Of a stretch of 29,994 nt of DNA, positions 9,154 through 18,654 are shown one piece after another. The position numbers were made by a program, and so were the translations under genes. Source of the DNA: Elusimicrobiota bacterium (GTDB lineage: Bacteria; Elusimicrobiota; Elusimicrobia; UBA1565); contig JBDREN010000134.1 in NCBI GenBank assembly GCA_043819795.1, forward strand, positions 1 to 29,994, in the 5' to 3' direction. Below the pieces are notes generated by a model. That model saw only the letters and a program-made list of their open reading frames with translations, was not told the DNA's origin and did no database searches. The stretch's first letter is position 1. Every line of letters starts with the position of its first letter.

Positions 9154-10419
9154 ATGCTGAGACGATCCACGACCGCGATCTTTCTGGCCGCGCTTCTGGC
9201 TTCGGCCGCGAGCGCCACGCCGTGGCACGCGATGGGTCCGCGCGCCATGGGCATGGGCGGCGCCCACGTGGCCATGGCCCAGGGACCTCTGGCCTCCTAC
9301 TGGAACCCGGCCGGACTGGGGCAGCTTTACAACGTCTCGGGCCTATTGATCCCCGCGGGGATCCGGATCGAGGCCACGGGCTCGGTGCTCGAAGGCGCCA
9401 ACGACCTCTACCAGCTCAACGAGGACTGCGCGGCCGGCCTCTCGAGCTGCAGCGTCCCCCGCATCGTCGACGCCCTCGACCGACTCGGCCAGTCGGGAAA
9501 CGGCGCGTTCGCCGACTCCGGCGGCGGGGTCAACCTCAAGATCAAGCGCGCCGTGCTCTTCGTCAACACCCTCAGCTACCTCGGAGGCGCCCCGCAAGTC
9601 GACTTCGTCAACACCCTCGCCGGCCAGGGCGCGGGCTCTATCGCCCAGAACCAGTCCAAGATCATCGTGCGCGGCGGCAACTTCACGGAGATCGGCGTCG
9701 GCTACGGCCGCGAGATCCGCGAGAGCGGCGTCGTCCTGGGCGCCAACCTCAAGGGCATCGTTGGCCAGGTCGGCTACAAGCAGATCGGGGTGGTGCTGGA
9801 GGAACCGGACGCCGACGCGTTCAGCGACTTCCGCGACGAATCGAAGACCAGCATCCAGCCGGGCGTGGACGTCGGCTTGCTCTGGGACATCCGGGAGACC
9901 TGGCCGAAGGTCCCGATGCGTCCCCGCTTCGGCTTGGTCGGCCGGAACCTCAATAACCCGAAATTCAACCAGCCCGACGCGGCCAAGGCCGCCGGCGAGT
10001 TCGACAAGTTCTCGATCCACGGGCAGGCGCGCGCCGGCTTCGCGATGAGCCCCTTCAAGTTCTGGCACCTGGCCGCCGACATCGACGTGACGAACAACCT
10101 GACCTACATCCCCGGGTTCAAGTCGCGCTACCTCTCGCTCGGCACCGAGATCAACGTCTTCAACCGGCCGTGGCTGAACATCCCGCTTCGCGCCGGCATC
10201 CAGAAGAACCTCTCGGACACGGGCTCGGGCGCCTCCTACACCGCGGGCGTGGGCCTCAACTTCCTGCACGTCATGCTGGACATCGGCGGGATGATCAGCG
10301 CGAAGACCACCCGCATCCAGTCCGAGGGCGAGACCGACAAGATCCCGAACAACGCCGCCTTCTCGGCGCGCTTCGCGTTCCTCTTCGGCGGCAAAGACGA
10401 AGGAACCCGGAACAAGTGA
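9154..10419 (+). CDS. Outer-membrane beta-barrel of the FadL/TraF_2/PorV superfamily
   Basis: Signal peptide (ASA|TPW); N-terminal GPRAMGMGGAHVA...YWNPAGL hatch motif; amphipathic strands (GVDVGLLW, PRFGLVGRNL, IPLRAGI, YTAGVGL); GGAGGT Shine-Dalgarno. Confidence 0.8.
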   Translation: MLRRSTTAIFLAALLASAASATPWHAMGPRAMGMGGAHVAMAQGPLASYWNPAGLGQLYNVSGLLIPAGIRIEATGSVLEGANDLYQLNEDCAAGLSSCSVPRIVDALDRLGQSGNGAFADSGGGVNLKIKRAVLFVNTLSYLGGAPQVDFVNTLAGQGAGSIAQNQSKIIVRGGNFTEIGVGYGREIRESGVVLGANLKGIVGQVGYKQIGVVLEEPDADAFSDFRDESKTSIQPGVDVGLLWDIRETWPKVPMRPRFGLVGRNLNNPKFNQPDAAKAAGEFDKFSIHGQARAGFAMSPFKFWHLAADIDVTNNLTYIPGFKSRYLSLGTEINVFNRPWLNIPLRAGIQKNLSDTGSGASYTAGVGLNFLHVMLDIGGMISAKTTRIQSEGETDKIPNNAAFSARFAFLFGGKDEGTRNK

Positions 10420-10459
10420 ACGAGCACGGCAGGCGACAGCTGGGCCTTTAACGAAGAGC

Positions 10460-10507
10460 AGGACAAAAGAAAACAGGCGCTCCGGAGCGCCTGTTTTCTT
10501 TTGTCCT
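10460..10507. terminator. Bidirectional intrinsic terminator (48-bp perfect palindrome)
   Basis: AGGACAAAAGAAAACAGGCGCTCC|GGAGCGCCTGTTTTCTTTTGTCCT between convergent genes, with a GC core and T-rich tails on both strands. Confidence 0.8.
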
Positions 10508-10524
10508 CGCGATAGCCGCCGCGA

Positions 10525-11598
10525 CTATATCTTCTTGTAAAGCCAGGCGGCCAAGGCGCCGAACCCGAGGTTCGGAAGCCACGCGGCCGCGACCGGCGGC
10601 ATCCGGCCGGCCTTGCCGAGCATCCAGCCGATCTCCATGAACCACAGGTAGAGAAAGCTCAAGACGAGCGCGGCCGTGAAGGCGACCGTCCGCCGCGCCC
10701 ACCGCAGGCGGAGCGCGATCGGGATCCCCATCGCGCACAGGATCAGGTTCGTGAAGGGGTAGGCCGTCTTCTGGTGGAGGGCCGTCCGCATCCGGCGCGA
10801 CGACCGGCCCAGCTCCTCGAGCCGCCGGATCTCCGCCGCCGTCTCGAGGATGCTCATCTCGTCGGGATTCTTCTGGAGCGGGACCATCTTCCGCGGCGGC
10901 GTCCGCAGGTCCGAGTCCAGGGTCCGGAAGGGCCGCACGGACGACAACGCCCCGGTCTCATCGAACTCCCGGACCACGCCCTTCTCGAACACCCATAGCG
11001 CCTTAACGGGGTCCCATCGTGCGGTCTCGGCGTCCACCTGCCGGACCAGCATCCGGCGGCCGTAGTCGTCCATCACGGGACGCTCCAAGGTGCCCGCCTT
11101 GACCACGAAGAGCTTCGTCGAGACGAAGCGATCCGAGCTCGGCACGAGGATCGCGTCGAAGTACTTGTCCCATTCCCATACCGGATGGACCCGCTCGCGC
11201 CACAGGCGCTGGGCCCGCGAGAAGCAGGCGGGCAGAAGAGTCTCCTGGGCCACGAAACTGACCAGCCCCACGGCGAGCGACAAGACCAGCAGCGGCCGGA
11301 AGAAGCGCCCCGATTCGAAGCCTGCGGCCTGCACCGCGACGTACTCCCCGCTCCGGACGAAAGCGGTGACGGTGAACAACGTCGCCAGAAGCGTCGCCAT
11401 CGGCAGGACCCGGACGGCCCAGTAGGGGACCTGCAGCAAGAGGTACTCGGCGATGACCGCCAGCGAGGCGGGGCTGGTGGCTATCCGGTTCATCTTGTCG
11501 AACAGGTCGCCGAGAAAAGCGAGCAGGGCGAAGGCGCCGAGCCCGAACAGGAAGGGCCCCAAGAAGCGCAGAGCCAGATACCGGCTAAAAATCCTCAC
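10525..11598 (-). CDS. lptG: LPS export ABC transporter permease, LptG-like (YjgP/YjgQ family)
   Basis: 3 TM + periplasmic domain + 3 TM; LPMATLLA, SGEYVAVQAAG coupling helix, AAWLPNL C-terminus; GTG start; downstream paralog of the pair. Confidence 0.85.
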   Translation of the reverse strand: MRIFSRYLALRFLGPFLFGLGAFALLAFLGDLFDKMNRIATSPASLAVIAEYLLLQVPYWAVRVLPMATLLATLFTVTAFVRSGEYVAVQAAGFESGRFFRPLLVLSLAVGLVSFVAQETLLPACFSRAQRLWRERVHPVWEWDKYFDAILVPSSDRFVSTKLFVVKAGTLERPVMDDYGRRMLVRQVDAETARWDPVKALWVFEKGVVREFDETGALSSVRPFRTLDSDLRTPPRKMVPLQKNPDEMSILETAAEIRRLEELGRSSRRMRTALHQKTAYPFTNLILCAMGIPIALRLRWARRTVAFTAALVLSFLYLWFMEIGWMLGKAGRMPPVAAAWLPNLGFGALAAWLYKKI

Positions 11599-11636
11599 AG
11601 CAAACGTTCCCTTGCGTCACGTTATCGTTCCGTCTT

Positions 11637-11677
11637 GGACTTTTGAAGAAATCCCGCGGGGATTTCTTCAAAAGTCC
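11637..11677. repeat. Intergenic palindrome, GRAAATCC..GGATTT family, copy 1
   Basis: GGACTTTTGAAGAAATCCC-gcg-GGGATTTCTTCAAAAGTCC, perfect 19-bp arms, between lptF and lptG. Confidence 0.75.
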
Positions 11678-11683
11678 GCTCGG

Positions 11684-12772
11684 CTAACGGCGCAGCTGCG
11701 CCCACCAAAGACCCGCGCCGCAGGCCAGGCACGCCGCGTCGGGCAGCCAGGGCCCCCAAGCGGACAGGGCCAGGGTCCGGCGGCCGATACCGATGCCGAA
11801 CGCCAGCAAGCCGTAGTAGACGAACATCACCAGCAGGCTCAAGGCGAACCCCATCGTCAGGCTGCGCCTCTCGAGGCGGAGCCCCAGGGGACAGGCCACC
11901 CAGAACAGCACGAACGGCGCGGCCGCGCCCGCGCTGCGCAGCGCGGTCTCGGTGGTGTATTCGCGCCGCTTCTGAGGCGTGAGCCCCGGATCGCCCAGAC
12001 GCCGCCTGAGCCGCCCGGTGCTCAGCTCCTGCAGGTCCGGGTTCCGGTGCACTTTGCTGTAATCGACGAACGGGATGAACAGGCGCGACCGGCGGAAGGT
12101 CGAGACCGTATGGCTGGCCGGATCGTCGTTCGGCCAGACGAGCGCCCCGCCGGAAAGCTCGAGGCCGACACCCACGCCGCGCTCGAGCCGCGCCCGCCCC
12201 TCGGGGGCCGAGATGCGCAGGCGCTGATAGTTCCCCTGGCGTTTGACGATGCGCACGCCCTTCAGCTTCCCCGTCCCGGCCTCGGCCCCTTCCGCGTAGA
12301 GCTCCCAGTCGCCGAGACGGGTGAGGGCCCGCTCCTCGAACTCGAGGTTCGATACCTGGGCCACGACCCTCGTGTAGGAGTCCTTGAACGCGTTGAAACC
12401 GTCCGGGCTGGCCTTGTGGTTGACGTAGAAGAGCAGCCCCGTGACCCCGACGGCCACGGCGAAGAACGGCGTCAGGATGTCCCGGAACGAGAAGCCCGAG
12501 GAGCGAAGAGCCATGACCTCGCCGCTCTGGGAAAGCTGGGCGAGGGTCAAGAGAAGCGCCACGAGGAACGCCATCGGCAAGGCCAGGCTCAGGAAATAGG
12601 GCAGAAGCCGCGCGAAGCAGAGGAAGATCCACTCCAGGGGGATGCCCTTCATCACGGCCAGGTTGAAGAGCCGCAGGAAATAGTTCATGAGCAGCACGAA
12701 TAGGAATACGCCCAGACAGAGCAGGAAGGTGGGGAAATAGCTGCGCAAGAGGTATCGCGTCAGGATCGTCAT
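11684..12772 (-). CDS. lptF: LPS export ABC transporter permease, LptF-like (YjgP/YjgQ family)
   Basis: MTILTRYLLR start, LPMAFLVALL, SGEVMALRSSG, PWLPD; start set at ATG 12772. Confidence 0.85.
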   Translation of the reverse strand: MTILTRYLLRSYFPTFLLCLGVFLFVLLMNYFLRLFNLAVMKGIPLEWIFLCFARLLPYFLSLALPMAFLVALLLTLAQLSQSGEVMALRSSGFSFRDILTPFFAVAVGVTGLLFYVNHKASPDGFNAFKDSYTRVVAQVSNLEFEERALTRLGDWELYAEGAEAGTGKLKGVRIVKRQGNYQRLRISAPEGRARLERGVGVGLELSGGALVWPNDDPASHTVSTFRRSRLFIPFVDYSKVHRNPDLQELSTGRLRRRLGDPGLTPQKRREYTTETALRSAGAAAPFVLFWVACPLGLRLERRSLTMGFALSLLVMFVYYGLLAFGIGIGRRTLALSAWGPWLPDAACLACGAGLWWAQLRR

Positions 12773-12794
12773 CCCTGAGGCTCTCGGGAAGAGG

Positions 12795-12829
12795 TTTTCC
12801 GTAAAATTCTCAAGGGATTTCCCGGAAAA
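12795..12829. repeat. Intergenic palindrome family, copy 2 (degenerate), in the lptF leader
   Basis: TTTTCCG-TA-AAATTCT-caa-GGGATTT-CC-CGGAAAA; the reverse strand reads GGGAAATCCCTTGAGAATTTT. Confidence 0.55.
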
Positions 12830-12838
12830 TACGCACAA

Positions 12839-12847
12839 ATTATAGCA
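12839..12847 (-). promoter_or_regulatory. Extended -10 promoter for lptFG
   Basis: TGcTATAAT on the minus strand, 66 nt upstream of the lptF ATG. Confidence 0.6.
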
Positions 12848-12851
12848 ATCC

Positions 12852-12880
12852 TTGACAGCATGGAGGGCCCCTGTTACACT
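12852..12880 (+). promoter_or_regulatory. Sigma70-type promoter for the SprA-like gene
   Basis: TTGACA (12852-57), 17-nt spacer, TACACT (12875-80), with a TG extension. Confidence 0.75.
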
Positions 12881-12951
12881 TACGGCGCGCGCGGGGGCGC
12901 GCGTTCCGGGATACGCCGAGGAGAATTTTCCGCTTCGCACCGCGCAACATC

Positions 12952-15900
12952 TTGGCGACACGACCCTCTCAAAGACGCCTGTACTGGATCCCTCTCGCGT
13001 TCGCGTGCATGCTCGCGAACGGGCGGGCCCTCGCCCAGCTCAGCTTCCCCTACGACCCCGACTTCCCCGAGGAACAGCCCCCGGCCGCGGCGGAGGCCCG
13101 CCCCGGGGCGCCCGAACGGGCGCCGCGGGCCGGCGAGGCGAGGCCCGCCCCGAAGACCCCTCCCGCGCTCCCGGTCTGGATGCGCCGGGCGGGACCGTTC
13201 ATGCTCCTCGACCGGCCCGACCCGGTGAGGCTCTTCGAGACGGAGCCGTCGACGGCGGCGCCCCGCGAGTTCGAAGACTTCCTCCTCGAGCAGCGGCCCT
13301 TCAGGATAGACCAGCGCGCTTGGAACAGGATGCGCGAGGACTACGAGCGGGGAAGGCTGCCCTCCGAGGAGTTCGCCCCCGCCCCCATGCTCGAGCCCGA
13401 GGCGATCCCCATGGCGGCCGAGCCGCCGAAGCCGCCTCCGCCGGAAGTCGAGCTGCCGACCTACGGCACGAGCCTCTCGATAACCGGCCGCAAGGTGATC
13501 GGGTTCTCCTACAGCCAGAAGCGCTTCCTGCGCGACCAGCGCACGACCGGGCGCCCGAAGTCCACCAGCCTCATCGACATCCAGCAGCAGCTGCAGCTGC
13601 GCATGCAGGGCAAGGTCGGCCCGAAGATCACCGTCAACGTGGACTACGACGACACCAAGACGAACAAGCAGGACATCTCGATCGTCTACACCGGAGAATC
13701 CAACGAGGTCGTGCAGAACGCCTCCTTCGGCGACATCGATCTCTCCCTGCCCGCCACCGAGTTCGTCAGCTACAACAAGCAGCTCTTCGGCATCCGCGTG
13801 GACATCAAGTGGAAGCGGATGCACGCCATCTTCATCGGCAGCCGGACGAAGGGAACGACCAAGAGCAGGCAGTTCGCGGGCAACACCCAGTTCGTTACCC
13901 AGGACATCCTCGACATCAACTACATCCGGCGCCGCTACTACGACCTGAGCTTCGGGGACCCCGCGCGCCTGCCGCTGCGTGTCGGCAGCGAGCGCGTCTG
14001 GCTGTCCCGGAGGACCGGAGGCCAGCAGAACGTCGACGAGTTCACGCTCACCGCCGACGATCTCAACGTGCGCTCCTCGACGTTCACGGGGACCTTCGTC
14101 CAGCTCTCCCCCGGCCAGGACTATATCGTCGACTACGTGACGGGCACCATCACGTTCAAGAACACGCTGGACCCCTCCTACGTCGTGGCCGTGGACTTCA
14201 TAGACGCGACCGGGAACTCGATCGCCCTTCAGGTGTCGACGAATACCGCCGACGGCGTTGGCGGCACGGGGAACCTCAAGCTCATCAAGACCTTCGCCGA
14301 CGCAGTGATTGCCGGCTCCTCGATTACCACCGTCAATAACGAGGCCGGCTACCGGCGCGAGCTCAAGACCTACTACAGCATGGGCAGGAGCCAGATCGTC
14401 CGCGACGACGGGCGCGGCAACTTCTTCCTGCGGGTGCTCGACCAGAACCGCCAGGAGGTCGGCTCCTTGATCAACCCGCAGCAGATCTACCCGGACACGA
14501 TCGAGGTGGACTTCGAAAACGGCTTGTTCAGCCTCAGGGCGCCCTTCGGGACCAGCCTAACCGACCCCACCCCCGATCCGGAGATCTACGCGCCGAACCC
14601 CCTCACGAAGCGGCGCATCCAGGTCGAGTACCGCTTCCGCCTCAAGACCTTCTTCCTGGAGCCGAGCCTGGTGCTTCAGTCGGAGGTCATCCTGCTCGAC
14701 GGCGTGCGGCTCAACCGCAACGTGGACTACTTCATCGACTACGAGTCCGGGTTCCTGACGTTCTTCAACGAGGAGCGCATCCGCCCGGACTCGGTCATCG
14801 ACGTCACCTACGAGGTGGCCCCCTTCGCCGGAGCCGCGACCGAGAGCCTCCTCGGCGGCCGGTTCTCCGTCGACATCCTCAAGAACTGGAGCATGGGCTC
14901 GACGCTCCTCTACCAGACCGGCGCCAAGCCCCCGACGGTCCCTTCGGTCAACGAGCTCGCCAAGAGCCTGCTCGTCTACGAGCTCGACACCCAGCTCAAG
15001 GACCTGCGCCTGCTCCGGTGGCTGACGGCCTCCTTCCAGGGCGAGCTCGCCCAGAGCATCGCGAACCCGAACCTGTCGAAGCGCGCGCTCATCGACAACA
15101 TGGAGGGCGTCAAGCAGGAGGACTCCACCAGCCTGTTCGCGACCAACTGGCAGATCGCCGCCAACCCCACCCAGGGCCCGGCCGACCCCGTCACGGACCT
15201 CACCATCTCCGATTTCGACGAGGACATACTCGCCATCAATCCCGGGGCTCCGGCCACCGAGGGCGACACCCAGAAGGTCCTGAAGGCGGCATACAATTTC
15301 GCCGCCTCGGGTTCGACCGAGGTCTCGGTGGTCCACGTATTCTCTCCCACCGGCCTCGACTTCTCGCAGAAGACGCTCCTCGAGGTCACCCTGAAGCAGA
15401 CAAACCACTCGAACAACGAGATCCGCTTCCACCTGGGAGGCATCGACGAGGACTCGGACGGAGACGCGATCTACGACAGCGAGGACTTGGGCAAAGACCT
15501 CCTCCCCAGCACCTACGACGAGGGGGAGCTCGACCGCATCCTGCAGCCCGAGGAGGACGTCGGCTACTTCTACAACCCCGCCGGCAAGAACGCGCTGCGT
15601 TTCGGCGCCGACAACGGGCGCATCGACTCGGAGGACCTCAACCAAAACGGCCGCCTGGACCCCGCCGACTTCTCGGGAGACAAATACGGCTACCAGTCGG
15701 ACCACCCGGAGCTCTTCGACGCCACCTCCGGCTCGACGGTCACATATCTCGACTTCGACGGCTCGCAATACCACACGTTCCAGATCCCCCTCGACATCAC
15801 CACCGCCACCCTGAGCAACTTCCTGGCCATCAAGCAGCTCCGGATCTCGATCCGCCAGCGGCCCGGCGGGACCGCCGCCGGCGCCATCCAATTCGCCCGG

Positions 15901-18525
15901 ATCGCGGTGGTCGGCAACAGCTGGCAGCGCGGCCAGGCCGGGGACCCCTCCACCGGGGCGACCAAGAAGGCCGACGAGGAACTCATCGTCACCGCCGTCA
16001 ACAACGTGGACAACACGGAGTACTTCGGCCGCGCCATCTTCAGCTCGCCCGGCGACGCGCAGCAGGTCTTCAGCGACCTCTACGGGAGCCTCGACGAGCT
16101 CCAGCAGCAGTCCAACTCGAACAACGTCTCCGAGCAGGCCCTGTCGCTGGGCTACAAGGACCTCTCGGCCGGGACCACCGTCTACACCAAGCGCGTGTTC
16201 GCGCGCGCGATCGACATCAGCCAGCACGAGAACTTCAACTTCCTGCTCTACGGCAACGCCGACACAGGCGCCCAGGACTTGAGCGGCGAGAAGGTCTTCT
16301 TCCTGCGCGCGGGCTCGGACCGCGACTACTTCGAGATCCAAGTCCCGATCAACTTCACCGGCTGGAAGAAGGTGACGGCCTACCAGCTCGACCGCAACAA
16401 CGACCAGGTCCCGGACGCCTGGGTGCTCGGAGGCGGGCCGGCGGGCACGGTGGCGTTCTCGACCGGCACACCGAACCTCCAGCAGATCGGCACCCTGGTC
16501 GCGGGGCTCTACTCCACCTCGACGAGCACGGTCAAGGACACCGGGTCGATCTATCTCAACGAGATCCACCTCACCGACCCGATCATACGCAAGGGAACCG
16601 CGCAGAAGCTGCAGGCCGACTTCCAGGTGCCCGGCTGGGCGAGCTTCGGCGGGAAGTACCGCTTCGTCGACAGGAACTACCAGACCCCGACGACGCTTGT
16701 CGCCAACCAGGACAACTTCCAGCAGACGGCGTACATGAACTTCACCCGCATCCGCTTCTTCCCGATGAACTTCAACCTCGCGTACTCGAAGATCACGACC
16801 CCGAACACGAACGCCACGGGAAACCTGTCGAATACCGTGAGCCTGCTTCAGCAGGGCGCGGTGCGGACCTGGAACGGCACGGCCACCGGCAACCTCCAGC
16901 TCGGGGCCTGGCCCCGGGCCAACCTCGGCTACGAGCGCAACCGCATCCAGTACGACGAGGTCTCCAGCCGCCTCGACGACCGGGAGACCTACAAGAGCGT
17001 GCTCAGCTACGGCGTCCCGTGGAAGAACCCCTTGCTGCCGCGCACGATCGACGTGGACCTTAAGCACTCGCAGTACTCGGTCTCCTTCAAGAGCCTCCAA
17101 GCGCGGCTGACCCCCGGCAACTTCGACACCGACGAGTACTCGGTCGGCTACGGGGTCAAGATGGCCTTCGAGCCCTGGCAAGGGTCCAATTTCAGCCCGA
17201 ACTACTCGCTCACCCGCGTCCGGGAGGACCGCTCCGACCTCACCTCGGGCACGGAGGCGCGCAAGCACTATCCGAAATCCCTGACCCAGAACGCGGGGTT
17301 CAACTCGGCCTGGCAGCTCACGCGCTGGCTCAAGCCCTCGGTCAGCTACAGCATCACCACGATCGAGAACAACATCCTCAACCCTTCGACGCTGACGATC
17401 TCGGGCGCGCCCGTGTTCTTCGACATCGGCGAGATCAAGACCATCAACCGCACCGCCAACGGCAACGTGTCGCTGACGCTCAACGCCGCGGAGATCGTCC
17501 CGAAGTCGAAGCTGCTGCGCTCGTTCTCGCTGACCAACGGCTACCAGCTGCAGGACGGAGACGTGTGGAACAACGTCGAAAAGGGGCTCGACACGAAGTT
17601 CGACGTCTGGCTGAGGACGCCGCTGAAGCCGGCGAACCTCGCCGCCCAGCGAGTCAACCTGACGCTGCGCGACACCATGAACTCGACGCAGCGCTGGTCG
17701 CCGCTGGAGGCCTACGACCTCAAAGGCCGCAAGACGTCGCTCAAGACGCTGGCGCTCACGAACAACTACGTCAAGAGCATCCAGCGCAGCGAGACCACGG
17801 GCACCCCGTCGAAGACGATCTCGACGACGCTGCCGGACATGATCGCCTCGATCAGCCAGCTCGAGCAGCTGACCTACACCGAGAGCTGGATGAAGAACCT
17901 CCAGATGAACCTCAAGTACGCCGTCCGCATGACGCTGAACGTCGGCGTCAGCGAGGAGTCCAACGACACCTTCGGCACCGACCTGCGCTCCATCATCAAG
18001 GAGCTCTTCGACACCTCGCTGAGCTTCAACCTGCGGACCACCGAGAGGAAGGACCTCCGCATCGGGCAGGTCACCCAGACGACCGACCACAAGGACGCGA
18101 CTTTGCAGACGACCTTCGACGTCCGGAAGTTCCGGTTCACGCCGAAGGTCGACTACCAGCGCGACACCACGGAGATCGGGACCGGAGCCAAGACGCAGGA
18201 CACGTTGGTGCTCACCCCGAGCCTCCTGATCCGCGCCGACTTGAACCTGCCGCAGGGCCTCTACATCCCGTTCGCCAAGAAGACGCTGAAGTTCACCAAC
18301 CGCATCATCTGGACGACGACGTCGTCGCTCGCGTTGCGCAAGTCGCCCGTGACGATCGCCGACAACTCCAGGATATTCAACCTCAACACGAACGCCGACT
18401 ACGAGCTCGCGCGGAACCTGCGGATGACGATCAACGGCGCCATCTCCCGCCTCTGGCACAAGTTCCTAAAGGAGGACGACTACCTGTCCTACCAGTTCGC
18501 CACCACGCTGACGTTCCAATTCTAG
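12952..18525 (+). CDS. sprA: Giant outer-membrane protein, SprA/Sov-like (type IX secretion translocon homolog)
   Basis: 1857 aa; TTG start, signal peptide ALA|Q and Pro-rich linker. Block QGKVGPKITVNVDYD..ISIVYTGESNEVVQNASFGDIDLSLP..QLFGIR resembles the conserved SprA N-terminal block as I recall it. Also LIDNMEG and DSEDLNQNGRLD motifs, about 620 aa of C-terminal amphipathic strands, and a terminal beta-signal TLTFQF. Confidence 0.72.
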   Translation: MATRPSQRRLYWIPLAFACMLANGRALAQLSFPYDPDFPEEQPPAAAEARPGAPERAPRAGEARPAPKTPPALPVWMRRAGPFMLLDRPDPVRLFETEPSTAAPREFEDFLLEQRPFRIDQRAWNRMREDYERGRLPSEEFAPAPMLEPEAIPMAAEPPKPPPPEVELPTYGTSLSITGRKVIGFSYSQKRFLRDQRTTGRPKSTSLIDIQQQLQLRMQGKVGPKITVNVDYDDTKTNKQDISIVYTGESNEVVQNASFGDIDLSLPATEFVSYNKQLFGIRVDIKWKRMHAIFIGSRTKGTTKSRQFAGNTQFVTQDILDINYIRRRYYDLSFGDPARLPLRVGSERVWLSRRTGGQQNVDEFTLTADDLNVRSSTFTGTFVQLSPGQDYIVDYVTGTITFKNTLDPSYVVAVDFIDATGNSIALQVSTNTADGVGGTGNLKLIKTFADAVIAGSSITTVNNEAGYRRELKTYYSMGRSQIVRDDGRGNFFLRVLDQNRQEVGSLINPQQIYPDTIEVDFENGLFSLRAPFGTSLTDPTPDPEIYAPNPLTKRRIQVEYRFRLKTFFLEPSLVLQSEVILLDGVRLNRNVDYFIDYESGFLTFFNEERIRPDSVIDVTYEVAPFAGAATESLLGGRFSVDILKNWSMGSTLLYQTGAKPPTVPSVNELAKSLLVYELDTQLKDLRLLRWLTASFQGELAQSIANPNLSKRALIDNMEGVKQEDSTSLFATNWQIAANPTQGPADPVTDLTISDFDEDILAINPGAPATEGDTQKVLKAAYNFAASGSTEVSVVHVFSPTGLDFSQKTLLEVTLKQTNHSNNEIRFHLGGIDEDSDGDAIYDSEDLGKDLLPSTYDEGELDRILQPEEDVGYFYNPAGKNALRFGADNGRIDSEDLNQNGRLDPADFSGDKYGYQSDHPELFDATSGSTVTYLDFDGSQYHTFQIPLDITTATLSNFLAIKQLRISIRQRPGGTAAGAIQFARIAVVGNSWQRGQAGDPSTGATKKADEELIVTAVNNVDNTEYFGRAIFSSPGDAQQVFSDLYGSLDELQQQSNSNNVSEQALSLGYKDLSAGTTVYTKRVFARAIDISQHENFNFLLYGNADTGAQDLSGEKVFFLRAGSDRDYFEIQVPINFTGWKKVTAYQLDRNNDQVPDAWVLGGGPAGTVAFSTGTPNLQQIGTLVAGLYSTSTSTVKDTGSIYLNEIHLTDPIIRKGTAQKLQADFQVPGWASFGGKYRFVDRNYQTPTTLVANQDNFQQTAYMNFTRIRFFPMNFNLAYSKITTPNTNATGNLSNTVSLLQQGAVRTWNGTATGNLQLGAWPRANLGYERNRIQYDEVSSRLDDRETYKSVLSYGVPWKNPLLPRTIDVDLKHSQYSVSFKSLQARLTPGNFDTDEYSVGYGVKMAFEPWQGSNFSPNYSLTRVREDRSDLTSGTEARKHYPKSLTQNAGFNSAWQLTRWLKPSVSYSITTIENNILNPSTLTISGAPVFFDIGEIKTINRTANGNVSLTLNAAEIVPKSKLLRSFSLTNGYQLQDGDVWNNVEKGLDTKFDVWLRTPLKPANLAAQRVNLTLRDTMNSTQRWSPLEAYDLKGRKTSLKTLALTNNYVKSIQRSETTGTPSKTISTTLPDMIASISQLEQLTYTESWMKNLQMNLKYAVRMTLNVGVSEESNDTFGTDLRSIIKELFDTSLSFNLRTTERKDLRIGQVTQTTDHKDATLQTTFDVRKFRFTPKVDYQRDTTEIGTGAKTQDTLVLTPSLLIRADLNLPQGLYIPFAKKTLKFTNRIIWTTTSSLALRKSPVTIADNSRIFNLNTNADYELARNLRMTINGAISRLWHKFLKEDDYLSYQFATTLTFQF

Positions 18526-18542
18526 AGAAGCGAAAAATATCG

Positions 18543-18580
18543 GGTTTTGGGGAAAATCCCATGGAATTTTCCCCAAAACC
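18543..18580. repeat. Intergenic palindrome family, copy 3 (possible terminator of the SprA-like gene)
   Basis: GGTTTTGGGGAAAAT-c-CCATGG-a-ATTTTCCCCAAAACC, a 38-nt palindrome with one mismatched pair. Confidence 0.75.
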
Positions 18581-18654
18581 TCTCCTCGCCAGACAAGGGA
18601 ACTCTCAGGGCGGTCAAGTCGTATTACTTAGGAGAGGGAAGCGTTCCTATGGGA

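Noticed and set aside
9154..10419. Conjugative element suggested by the TraF-like motif
   Set aside because: No T4SS, relaxase or integrase genes; the motif is shared across FadL/PorV-type barrels.
14557..18459. 1300-aa minus-strand ORF, and other long antisense or off-frame ORFs (6167-8623, 3583-5091, 15018-17063, 19599-21227, 23619-25187)
   Set aside because: Shadow ORFs produced by high-GC codon bias opposite or within well-supported genes; no motifs, and biased R/G/P or V/D/E composition.
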